The notes under the pieces are model-generated. The model did not search any database, was not told where the DNA came from, and worked only from the letters and a program-made list of their open reading frames with translations. Both the position numbers and the translations under genes were made by a program. Below, piece by piece: positions 26,791-36,176 of a stretch of DNA of 56,332 nt. Each line of letters starts with the position of its first letter. Within the stretch, counting starts at the first letter, position 1. The DNA lies in contig JAWLHB010000003.1 of the NCBI GenBank assembly GCA_041690595.1, positions 248,001 through 304,332 of the forward strand, read 5' to 3'. The stretch is from Lentisphaeria bacterium. Its GTDB lineage: Bacteria; Verrucomicrobiota; Lentisphaeria; JABSQK01; JAWLHB01.

Positions 26791-26822
26791 GCTGGGGCTC
26801 CGCGATATACCAGGCAACCGCC

Positions 26823-29564
26823 TTATGCCAGCAGAGAGACCAGATCTTCCGCCGTCAAGCCTACCGGCAGCTGCTTCGCGCCGTCGACCAGCTCTTCGAA
26901 GAGCTGTCGTTTTTCCGCCTGCAGGGCCATCACTTTCTCTTCCACCGAGTTCTCGGTGATCAGGCGATAGGCGATCACGGGCTTGTCCTGCCCGATACGA
27001 TGTGTGCGGTCGATGGCCTGATTCTCCACTGCCGGGTTCCACCACGGATCATAGATGAAGACATAGTCCGCTTTGGTCAAGGTCAATCCCGTTCCAGCGG
27101 CGCGCAGACTGAGCAGGAAGACCGACGGCTTGCCCGAGTTGGTGAAATTATCCACGATCTCGGCTCGACGGCTGGTAGGCGTGGCGCCGATGATTTTGAA
27201 GTACTCGATACCCCGCGCCGTCATCTGATCCTCGATCAACTGCAGCATGGAGGTGAACTGGCTGAAGACAAGAGCCGAGTGCCCTTCCGCGACCAGCTCT
27301 TCGAGCATCTCGACCAGGCATTCCAGCTTTCCGGAATCCATCTCGCCGAACGAGGCCTTTCCGTTGCCCGAGACCAAGCTGGGATGGCAGCAGATCTGCC
27401 GCAGGCGCGTCAACGCTGCCAGCACTTGCATGAACCCGCCGTTCTGGACATCCTTGCGAGCCATCGCCAGTTGCCGCTCGTAAAACTCACCCTGCCGCTC
27501 GGTCATCGGCAGCAGCATGTGTTCCTCGATTCGTGCCGGCAGTTCCGGCGCAACATCATGCTTCGTCCGCCGCAGCATCAGCGGCGCAATTCGCCGCGCC
27601 AGTTTTTCGTGGCCGAAGGTGGTGTTCACGTACCGATCTTTGAAGCTGTCCTGATCTTCCAGATAACCCGGATTCAGGAAATCCACGATCGACCAGAGAT
27701 CGAGCAGCCGATTTTCCAAGGGCGTACCGGTAAGTGCGATCCGGTACTTGGTATGCAGATTCTTGATCGACCGAGTGATCTGCGCGTCTGGATTCTTGAT
27801 CTGCTGAGCTTCGTCCAGAATCACCATTCCCAGGCTCAAGTCCTTGAGCTTCTCGAAGTCATTTCGCACGATCGCGTAGTTGGCCACCAGAATATCCCAC
27901 TTGCCGATTTCGTCGAGAATCAGCTGCCGCTCTTCGGGTGAACCCACATATCCCCTGACTTTCAGCTTGGGCGTGAAGTGCCTGGCCTCATTCAGCCACA
28001 CCGAAACCACGCTCGCCGGGCAGACCACCAGGACTTTGGACTTCGGATCGCGTACCCGCTTCACCGTCTCGATGAAGGCCAGCGCCTGCACCGTCTTGCC
28101 AAGCCCCATGTCGTCAGCCAGAATACAACCGACTTCGTAGCCAGTCCGGTTGTAGAGGAAGTTTGCCCCATCGAGCTGGTACGGCCGCAGAATTGTCTGC
28201 AACTCGCCGGCTACCTCGATCGTCTCCACATCGGGGATATTCCGCAGCTCTTCGACCAGCTCCTGCGACGATTTCGGGATGCGCAGATCCGGCAATTTGG
28301 AAAAGCCCTTCACCATCGCCTGCGCTTCGGCGCGAAGTTTTCGCTGACGCCCGTACTCCAGGCTCATGTCATTCAGCGTGGTCAAAAACTTACTCATGCG
28401 CTCAGCCGATATGTGGAGCCAGCTGCCGCTGCGGGTGCGGATGAACTCCGTCTTACTGCGGCGCAGGGCGTCGAAGTCGCTCGGCGTCAATTCCATATCG
28501 CCAAGTCGACACGACACATCGACGTCGACCCAACCATCGCCAGCCTGCAGGCTGAGTTGCGGCACCAGATTTGCCTCCCCCAGGAGGACATTCTGCAGGT
28601 CAGGATCGACCACCAGTTCCACCACGTCAGGCAGGCGCCTTACGCCCTCGGCCAAAGCCGCCATGTTCGCCGGCTCACCGGGCAGGCGAAAGCCGCCGCG
28701 CGAATCGACCTGCAACGGCAGCTCGGCCAGCACTTTCCGCACCTGCGGATAGCGCGAAGCCTTGCCCTCCACCACAATGAAGCGCTGTTTGTCGCGCACC
28801 AGTTTGCAGGGCGCATCCAGATTCAGCGATTGCACCTCGATCGAACCGATCTTAACCTCGACCTTCACGTCGGCGCCATCGGGAACCAGCTTAATCTTGA
28901 TCTTGCCTCGGCGATGCGCGTGCGTCACCGAAGGTCCTGTCAGGAGGTCCAGGCGATTCTCCAGAAGCACAGGCAGATTCCGCACCAGCGCCCGCGTCGG
29001 CACCATCGGATTCTTGCTCCCGAAAACCTGATCCATCAACTGGCGCGACAAGGGCAACTCCAACGTAGCGGGCTGACCGTTGATCATCACCTCCGTCGCC
29101 GCCGCGCCAAGGCGCCGCTCCACGTCACAGTAGGGTATGGTCCGCCCGTCCGACATCTTTACAAGCGCGGACAGCTTGCTCGTTTCCCCGCGGCACTCCA
29201 ACTCGATCCGAACCGTAGCTTCGGGGATCTCGTAGCTGTACGGCAGGCGCGAGCGGCGCTCGATGAAGCGCTCCGGTTGGTGCGCCCACTGCTCCACCCA
29301 TCGTTCGAATATTGCCTTGGGTACCTTCAGCACCTGCAGGTTGGAACGGATCAGATGGAACTTGTTGACATGGGGCCACAGGGTGCGCAGCATCGCCGCA
29401 TCGTCGGGCGACCAAGTATCCGCCCCCTGATGCACGTAACAAATCTGGTTGTACAGCGTCTGCAGGCGCATCAACTGGCGCTGCTCGCCGTCGATCATGA
29501 AGCACCGCAAGGTGATGTCACCTGGCGAATGCTCGAGATCCACCTCTACTTCTAGTCGAGTCAT
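26823..29564 (-). CDS. SNF2-family SF2 ATPase/helicase
   Basis: LADDMGLGKT, VVCPASV, LDEAQQIKN, LTGTPLEN, LRRTK, FSQF, DPWWNPAVENQAIDRTHRIGQ. Confidence 0.93.
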   Translation of the reverse strand: MTRLEVEVDLEHSPGDITLRCFMIDGEQRQLMRLQTLYNQICYVHQGADTWSPDDAAMLRTLWPHVNKFHLIRSNLQVLKVPKAIFERWVEQWAHQPERFIERRSRLPYSYEIPEATVRIELECRGETSKLSALVKMSDGRTIPYCDVERRLGAAATEVMINGQPATLELPLSRQLMDQVFGSKNPMVPTRALVRNLPVLLENRLDLLTGPSVTHAHRRGKIKIKLVPDGADVKVEVKIGSIEVQSLNLDAPCKLVRDKQRFIVVEGKASRYPQVRKVLAELPLQVDSRGGFRLPGEPANMAALAEGVRRLPDVVELVVDPDLQNVLLGEANLVPQLSLQAGDGWVDVDVSCRLGDMELTPSDFDALRRSKTEFIRTRSGSWLHISAERMSKFLTTLNDMSLEYGRQRKLRAEAQAMVKGFSKLPDLRIPKSSQELVEELRNIPDVETIEVAGELQTILRPYQLDGANFLYNRTGYEVGCILADDMGLGKTVQALAFIETVKRVRDPKSKVLVVCPASVVSVWLNEARHFTPKLKVRGYVGSPEERQLILDEIGKWDILVANYAIVRNDFEKLKDLSLGMVILDEAQQIKNPDAQITRSIKNLHTKYRIALTGTPLENRLLDLWSIVDFLNPGYLEDQDSFKDRYVNTTFGHEKLARRIAPLMLRRTKHDVAPELPARIEEHMLLPMTERQGEFYERQLAMARKDVQNGGFMQVLAALTRLRQICCHPSLVSGNGKASFGEMDSGKLECLVEMLEELVAEGHSALVFSQFTSMLQLIEDQMTARGIEYFKIIGATPTSRRAEIVDNFTNSGKPSVFLLSLRAAGTGLTLTKADYVFIYDPWWNPAVENQAIDRTHRIGQDKPVIAYRLITENSVEEKVMALQAEKRQLFEELVDGAKQLPVGLTAEDLVSLLA

Positions 29565-30059
29565 ACAGGCAGAAAACCACTCTGGTTTGGCAGGCGCCCG
29601 ACAACGCCCGGATAGTCTACAGCATTAACGTTGTACCGTCGCATGCGTCCCCCGCCATCGGCGCAAGGTTTTACAACACACTCCACTCGGCATCAGACGC
29701 GCCATTTTTCACCCCGCTCACCAGTCACTGCATGCGCATGAAAATGGTGAGCCACAATGGCCGAAATTCAAGCATCCAAGGCTTTCCAGTCATGTCACTT
29801 CCATTTCAGACACGAACCAGAGCCTGAAGCAACTCATCCCTCGCTTTGGCAGCGCAACGTCCTCGTTGCTGAGAACTCCATAGGCGAGGCGAGTAAATTA
29901 AAATTGCACCAAAAGATCCGTCTGTCAACTCTTACGGCTCCTTTTTCGCGTCGACTGGGATAGAAAAAGGCACGGGGCCCGATCTGGAAATCGGCCCGGA
30001 AGCGGCTATTGTCAATAGCTGCACGTCAGCAATAGCATGCCTCACCCCAACCGGAAGCC

Positions 30060-31166
30060 ATGAGCGCCACCTCCGATCTCAATATCCGCCCCATCATCGA
30101 ACGCTCGCGCGAAGACTATCACAAGCTGAATGACAAGCTTTCGTCTCCGGCCGCCTTTTCGAACCCGCAGGCCTATCAGCAGCTCAACCGCGAGCACCAG
30201 CGCCTTTCCACTCTCCTGAGCGTATTCGATGAACTCGAGAACAAGCGCCGGGAGCTGGTCGAGACACAGGAACTGCTCGACGATGACGAACTCGACGATG
30301 AGCTGCGCGAGTTGGCTGCCGCCGATGCCGAACGGCTGGAGAACGACATCGCGCGCCTCGAGCCCAAGGTCTATTCTCTCGTAGTTCCGCCCGACCCGAA
30401 TGACTCGCGCAATACGATCATCGAGATTCGTCCAGCTGCCGGCGGCGACGAGGCCGCCCTCTTTGCCGGCGACCTCTTCCGCATGTATACGCGATATGCC
30501 GAGCGACAGGGCTGGAAGTCCGAGCTGCTCAACATCAGCGAGACCGACCTCGGCGGCCTAAAGGATGTCGGCTTCTCCATGCAGGGCGAGGATGTCTACC
30601 GGATGCTCAAGCTGGAGAGCGGCGTTCACCGGGTGCAGCGCGTCCCCACCACGGAAGCGAGCGGCCGCATCCATACTTCCACCGTCACCGTCGCTGTCCT
30701 GCCCGAAGCTCGCGAAGTCGATGTGCAGATCAACAACGATGACCTGCAGATCGACGTTTTTCGCGCTTCTGGCGCCGGTGGGCAGCACGTCAATACCACC
30801 GACTCGGCAGTCCGCATCACGCATATTCCATCCGGCGTCGTGGTCGCCAGTCAACAGGAACGGTCGCAGCATCGCAACCGCGAGATTGCCATGCGCATCT
30901 TGCGGACCCGCCTGCTTGAAGCCCGTCAGCAGGAAGAGCAGGCGAAGTATGAGGCACGGCGCCGCGCACAGGTGGGCACCGGTGATCGCAGCGAACGCAT
31001 CCGCACCTACAACTTCCCGCAGAATCGCGTCACCGACCATCGGTACGGCCTCTCCTGGTTCGACCTTCCCCAGATCATGGATGGGGATCTTGATGCCATC
31101 CTGGAGGATCTGCATGCTGCCGCCAGCCTCCAGCGTCTCCAGGCCGAACTCGAAGCGAACAGCTAA
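30060..31166 (+). CDS. prfA: Peptide chain release factor 1
   Basis: GGDEAALFA, ESGVHRVQRVPTTE (PxT, RF1-specific), GAGGQHVN, RIRTYNFPQNRVTDHR. Confidence 0.97.
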   Translation: MSATSDLNIRPIIERSREDYHKLNDKLSSPAAFSNPQAYQQLNREHQRLSTLLSVFDELENKRRELVETQELLDDDELDDELRELAAADAERLENDIARLEPKVYSLVVPPDPNDSRNTIIEIRPAAGGDEAALFAGDLFRMYTRYAERQGWKSELLNISETDLGGLKDVGFSMQGEDVYRMLKLESGVHRVQRVPTTEASGRIHTSTVTVAVLPEAREVDVQINNDDLQIDVFRASGAGGQHVNTTDSAVRITHIPSGVVVASQQERSQHRNREIAMRILRTRLLEARQQEEQAKYEARRRAQVGTGDRSERIRTYNFPQNRVTDHRYGLSWFDLPQIMDGDLDAILEDLHAAASLQRLQAELEANS

Positions 31167-31174
31167 GCGTTCGC

Positions 31175-32761
31175 CTATTGGCGCAGCGTACCGCGCCAGA
31201 GTCGAAACTCCCGCCCCTCCACCTGCACCGGCTCGCCAGCCGTCACCCATTCCCGCACCGCCGATATGGGACGCACTTCCGCTGTTACCAGGTAAACGAC
31301 CTCGGGTTCCCGCGGGACTTCCTCCACTTGCTGGACCCGTACCACGTGTCGATCCACGTAGAAGAAGAGCCGAGGTTGCCGATCATCCCCCGGCAGGAGC
31401 GCATAAACCCGTATTTCCGGCGGAATCGCCTGGCTGAGTCCCTGTCCGGCAAATCGGTGCTCGCTTGCATACAGGCGCTGCCGCACATTGTGCGAGGAGA
31501 CCCAGACCAGGTGCAGCACCGCGATCGCCAGCAGCGTCACCAGCCAGATTGGGCCAAACCGCGGGCGTCGCAGGATGAATATCGCCAGGCCCACTGCCGT
31601 CATCAAGAGAAAGACAGTGAAGTATGCCGTCCCAACGCCAATGCCTTCCACAACCCCATCCATGAAGATGGCAGCATATCCGGATGCCAGCACCGCCCCC
31701 ACGATGGTCGCCCAGGCGAGCAGACGCGGCAGCATCAGCAACGTTTTGCCATGCCGCCTCGCCAGCAGGTGATAACTGAGCCCCGTCAGCACCCCAAGCG
31801 GTCCGATCAGCGGCAGGAGCGAAGAGATTTTCCCATCCGGCAACAGCCAGAAACAGAAGAAGACCGCCCACACAACCGTACGGCAGAACTGCGCCAGCGT
31901 GGCATCCTTCTCCAACGGTCGAAAAGCCAGACAGAAGGCCGGCCACGCCAGAAAGGGCCACGGCATGAAGGCCAATATGGCGCGGAATGGAAAGCGCAGG
32001 AAGCGCAGGAGGTAACCGGCCGTCGCCTGCTGCGGCTCGAAATCGCGGAAGAAGCGGACTACATTCTGGCTCACATTGGGCACCATCACCAGCCATGCGA
32101 TGAGCGCACACACCAGAAAGAGCAAGCTGATCATGTGATCCCGCTGCCGCATTCGCCGCAAGACGTGAATAGGACGCCGCATGAAGAAGAGCGGCAGGTA
32201 GAAATAGAAGATCGCCTTGGGGCCACCGGCCAGCATCGCCAGGCAAACCAACAGATGGCTGCAGAACCAGGCATACAGCCACTGCTTGTGTTCGCGGCTC
32301 AGGTGGTAAAAGGTGAACCAACTGGCGCAGATGAGCGCCGCAAAGAGCATGTCGCCCGTGCCCATTATTCCCATGTGCAGGGCGATCACGCTCGATACCA
32401 CCGATGCCGCCGCGACGCCTGCCGCCTGCGCCTTTCCCACCGGATAAACCATGTGCGCGGCCAGTCCCGCAAGCCCTGCCAGCGACAGGATTCCCACCAG
32501 CCGCACCGTCAACTCGCCAGTCGGCACGAAAAAGCTGATCACCGCCAGGATCCATGACGGCAACGGCGGATGAATCGTCGGCTGCCCCATGATCGTCGGC
32601 AGGAAGAAGGTGCCGCCGTGGTAGAGATCGCGCGTCATCATCGCCGTCAACGCTTCGTGGTAGCCCAGCTCAGGCAACCATGCCAACGGTAACGTCAACA
32701 GGCAGAAAATGCTGACCAGAATGACAACGGATTGGGTGGGGGGCGACTTTTCCTTGTACAT
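31175..32761 (-). CDS. ArnT/PMT-like (GT-C) membrane glycosyltransferase
   Basis: HEA...HPPLPSW...RL pattern in the first loop, many TM helices, C-terminal soluble domain. Confidence 0.7.
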   Translation of the reverse strand: MYKEKSPPTQSVVILVSIFCLLTLPLAWLPELGYHEALTAMMTRDLYHGGTFFLPTIMGQPTIHPPLPSWILAVISFFVPTGELTVRLVGILSLAGLAGLAAHMVYPVGKAQAAGVAAASVVSSVIALHMGIMGTGDMLFAALICASWFTFYHLSREHKQWLYAWFCSHLLVCLAMLAGGPKAIFYFYLPLFFMRRPIHVLRRMRQRDHMISLLFLVCALIAWLVMVPNVSQNVVRFFRDFEPQQATAGYLLRFLRFPFRAILAFMPWPFLAWPAFCLAFRPLEKDATLAQFCRTVVWAVFFCFWLLPDGKISSLLPLIGPLGVLTGLSYHLLARRHGKTLLMLPRLLAWATIVGAVLASGYAAIFMDGVVEGIGVGTAYFTVFLLMTAVGLAIFILRRPRFGPIWLVTLLAIAVLHLVWVSSHNVRQRLYASEHRFAGQGLSQAIPPEIRVYALLPGDDRQPRLFFYVDRHVVRVQQVEEVPREPEVVYLVTAEVRPISAVREWVTAGEPVQVEGREFRLWRGTLRQ

Positions 32762-33011
32762 CTTCCGCTCAGCAGGATGAGATCAGCGCTTACCGGCGCG
32801 CCCGCCTTACCGACGTGCCGACCGTTTGAAGCCTTCAATATGCAAGATCAAACCGCCAATTCAATGCGGCCGCCAAGATCAACCTGCCGTTCGCAGGCTC
32901 CCCCCCACTATTTCGCGGAGGCGCGCTTTCGCCTTCCGCAACAACAGCTATACTAAAGGCTCGCACTTCCCGCTGGCTTCTACACCGCCGCCATTAAGCT
33001 TGTGTGTTTCC

Positions 33012-33929
33012 ATGCTTTCCGGTACAGTCTTCGACATCCAGAAGTTCTCGATCCACGATGGACCGGGCATCCGTACGACGGTCTTCCTCAAAGGCTGCCC
33101 GCTGGAATGCCAGTGGTGTCACAATCCGGAATCCCAGGCCCGCGATCCTGAACTCTCCTTCAATGCCGGCCTGTGCATCGGCTGCGGCAGCTGCGTCAAC
33201 CAGTGCAGTCGCGACGGCCACCTTCTCTCCGACCGGGAGCACCGCCTCGACCGAACATCCTGTGTCGTCTGCGGCTCCTGCGCCAAGGGGTGCTACACCG
33301 GCGCGCTGGAAGTCATCGGCAGGGAGATGACGGTCGATCAGGTTATCGCCGACGTCCTCCGGGACCGCCCCTTCTATGAAACGTCGGGCGGCGGTATGAC
33401 CATCTCCGGCGGCGAGCCCCTGATGCAGATCGACTTCACCGAAGCCCTGCTTCAACGCGCGGCGGAGGAGAAGCTCCATACCTGCGTCGAGACGTGCGGT
33501 CATGCGTCATGGCAACGCCTCGAACGCATCGTCCCCCTGACCAATCTTTTCCTCTACGATTTCAAGGAGGCGGACCCGGAGCGTCATCGCCAGCTCACCG
33601 GCGTCAGCAACGACCAGATCCTCGCCAATCTTCACCGGTTGCATGCAGCCGGGGCGGCAATCCTCCTGCGCGTTCCCTTTGTCCCCGGCGTCAATGCCAC
33701 CGATGATAATATCGCAGCCCTGGCAGAACTTTCCCACCAGCTGCCGCTTCTGCAAGGTATCGAACTGATGCCCTACCATCGCCTGGGCGAAGGCAAGCAC
33801 GAACGACTGGGGCGGGGGGCACCACGCCAGATGATTGCTGAGGCCCCCACCCCCGCCATGATCGACGATTGGATCGCCCGTTTCGCTGGACTGGGCGTCA
33901 AACTTGTCAACGAACCTTCAACCAGCTGA
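33012..33929 (+). CDS. Glycyl-radical enzyme activating enzyme (radical SAM with ferredoxin-like insert)
   Basis: FDIQKFSIHDGPGIRTTVFLKGCPLECQWCHNPES (CxxxCxxC), CIGCGSCVNQC and CVVCGSCAKGC, SGGEPL, ETCG, LMPYHRLG. Confidence 0.95.
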   Translation: MLSGTVFDIQKFSIHDGPGIRTTVFLKGCPLECQWCHNPESQARDPELSFNAGLCIGCGSCVNQCSRDGHLLSDREHRLDRTSCVVCGSCAKGCYTGALEVIGREMTVDQVIADVLRDRPFYETSGGGMTISGGEPLMQIDFTEALLQRAAEEKLHTCVETCGHASWQRLERIVPLTNLFLYDFKEADPERHRQLTGVSNDQILANLHRLHAAGAAILLRVPFVPGVNATDDNIAALAELSHQLPLLQGIELMPYHRLGEGKHERLGRGAPRQMIAEAPTPAMIDDWIARFAGLGVKLVNEPSTS

Positions 33930-33935
33930 GCCTCC

Positions 33936-36176
33936 ATGCACCTAGCCGAGCATCCCACCCGCTTTGCCCTCACGTCTGAACTGCGCGACATGCTTGAACA
34001 ATCGGCCAGACGCGCGGCCAGCCCCCCACCCCAGCAGCGGCAAGATCTTCAGACCCACGCCTTCTTCGAGCTCTATGCGGAGTTGCCGTTGCGTGAACGG
34101 CAGGCACGTTCCCTTGCTTACGCCATGGTCAATGAACCCGTCATTGTCTTTCCTGACGACCGCCTGCATGGCGTTTTCTACGGCGGCGGCGATCCCCAGC
34201 TGGGCGGGACTGGACCGTGGGAAGCATACTGCAGTGTCGCCGATGGCCGGCGCCGCGAAGCCGCCGAAAATCCCGAGATGCTTCCTTTCCATGATCCCGG
34301 CGGATCCTTTATCATCAGCACCGGCGCTTTCCCCGGCCATATCGCGTGGAATTATCATGACGTGCTCGAGATCGGTGTCGACGGGCTGATCGAGCGCCAT
34401 CGACAAGCCCTCGCCGATACTCGGGATATGGTCGCGGCGGAGTACTACCGGGGGGTGATCATCCTGCTCGAAGCTGTGCTGACCTGGAACGACCGCCATG
34501 TCGCCGCACTTCGCGAGCTGCTGAGCAGCGCGAGGGATCCCCAAGCTCGGCAGCGGCTGACGGAATCCATCGACCTCCTCGAACGGGTCCCTGCCCAGCC
34601 GGCGCGAACGTTCCTCGAAGCCCTGCAGAGTTTCTATTTCATCTGGTTGGCGGTTATGTATGAGGTACCTTACGGTGGCAACAGCCCCGGCCGGCTCGAC
34701 TACTTTCTCTGGCCCTATCTGCAACGTGAATACGCCGATGGCAGCCTCGATCGCGAGCAGGTTACCCACCTCCTCTGCGAGCTTTTCATCAAGATCGACG
34801 AGCGCGTACACGCCTCGGACGGCCACGTCAACACCATTGTTGTCGGCGGTGTCGCTCCCGATGGCAGCGATGCCGTCAATCCGCTCAGTTGGATGATGCT
34901 CGACGCCTTCGAGGCGTTACCGCTCACGCATCCTGCCGTCTATACCCGCGTCAGCAGCCGGAATCCGCCGGAGTACCTGGCCCGCTGCGTCGACTACCTC
35001 GTCAACGGCGGCAATCGTGCCCAGATCCTGGCCGACGAGGCGATCATCACCGCGATGATGCAAGACCATGCGATGCCCTTTGAGGATGCCGCCATGTACA
35101 TGTGCGGCGGGTGCATGGAGATCGCTCCCCACGGGCTCAATTCCGACCTCCTCTTCGCTTTCCTCTACAACGTTCCGAAGACGGTCGAGCTGCTGGTTAC
35201 GGGCGGTACCTGCCTGATCACAGGCAAGCCGAGGCTCGAAATGCCTGGCAGCCTCCGCGATTACCCGGATTTCCCAGCCTTCTACGCTGCCTGTGTCGAT
35301 GAGATCCGGCGCGTTCTGCATGCCAAGTTCCGTACGCTGGACATCTACAGCGAGACCATGGCGCACTGGCGTCCAGCCTTCCTCCAGTCCAGCATGACCG
35401 GCGACTGCCTGCTTCGCGGCCGTTCTCAGCAGGATGGAGGCGCCCGCTATGCGGACTATGGCGGCACCCCCCTGGGTCTTCAGAATGCGGCCGATGCGCT
35501 TTATGCCATCAAGCGTGCCGTCTTCGACGATCACATCTGCACCGCCGATCAGCTCATGGCAGCGCTAACCGCCAACTTTGTCGGCCACGACGCCCTGCGC
35601 CGACGCCTCCTCGCGATCCCCAAGTTCGGCGAAGGCGACCCCGGCGCCGAGGCGATGATGGCACAGCTCCTGGCGGATCTCTGCCATGTCTTCGACAGTT
35701 ATACAAATCGCCATGGCGGCCGCGTCAAACCCATCATCTTCACCTTTGTCTGGGCTCCGGAGATGGGGCGTAACCTGGGCGCTTCGGCTGACGGACGACT
35801 TGCCGGTGAACCCATCGGCCATGGCCTGACGCCACAGCGCCTCGGCTCGCGCCGCGGCCTCACCACCGCCATCGATGCAAGCACGCAGATCCCCCTGCAC
35901 CTGGTACGTGGCGGCGCCTCCACCATGTGGGACATGGATGCCGCCAGCTTGCGTACCGACCTTCTTCAGGCCATTGTGCAGGCTTTCATCAATCGCGGCG
36001 GGCAGATCTTCCAGGGCAATACCAGCGATGTCGCCGAACTCGAACGCGCACTCCTTTCCCCCGCCGATTATCCTAACCTCATTGTGCGCGTGGGGGGCTT
36101 CTCCGCCCGCTTTATCAACCTCAATCCGCAGCTTCAGCAGGAAATCGTCCAACGCCACCGGCACCTCACACGATGA
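33936..36176 (+). CDS. Glycyl radical enzyme 1 (PFL-like superfamily, non-PFL class)
   Basis: PARTFLEALQ, GRLDYFLWPY, Cys loop CGGCME (C393/E395), ASADGR, C-terminal LIVRVGGFSARF (G721). Confidence 0.93.
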   Translation: MHLAEHPTRFALTSELRDMLEQSARRAASPPPQQRQDLQTHAFFELYAELPLRERQARSLAYAMVNEPVIVFPDDRLHGVFYGGGDPQLGGTGPWEAYCSVADGRRREAAENPEMLPFHDPGGSFIISTGAFPGHIAWNYHDVLEIGVDGLIERHRQALADTRDMVAAEYYRGVIILLEAVLTWNDRHVAALRELLSSARDPQARQRLTESIDLLERVPAQPARTFLEALQSFYFIWLAVMYEVPYGGNSPGRLDYFLWPYLQREYADGSLDREQVTHLLCELFIKIDERVHASDGHVNTIVVGGVAPDGSDAVNPLSWMMLDAFEALPLTHPAVYTRVSSRNPPEYLARCVDYLVNGGNRAQILADEAIITAMMQDHAMPFEDAAMYMCGGCMEIAPHGLNSDLLFAFLYNVPKTVELLVTGGTCLITGKPRLEMPGSLRDYPDFPAFYAACVDEIRRVLHAKFRTLDIYSETMAHWRPAFLQSSMTGDCLLRGRSQQDGGARYADYGGTPLGLQNAADALYAIKRAVFDDHICTADQLMAALTANFVGHDALRRRLLAIPKFGEGDPGAEAMMAQLLADLCHVFDSYTNRHGGRVKPIIFTFVWAPEMGRNLGASADGRLAGEPIGHGLTPQRLGSRRGLTTAIDASTQIPLHLVRGGASTMWDMDAASLRTDLLQAIVQAFINRGGQIFQGNTSDVAELERALLSPADYPNLIVRVGGFSARFINLNPQLQQEIVQRHRHLTR

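Noticed and set aside
26823..29564. SNF2 gene as part of an anti-phage defence system
   Set aside because: No methylase, nuclease or other defence-associated neighbours; context is housekeeping.
29757..29963. 68-aa ORF upstream of prfA
   Set aside because: No clear RBS, no motif and atypical codon usage; left uncalled.
33012..33929. Radical SAM gene as the missing AmrS of the MEMO/AMMECR1 pair
   Set aside because: It has the HDGPGIRT/ferredoxin-insert signature of GRE activases and is coupled to GREs about 6 kb away from amrAB.
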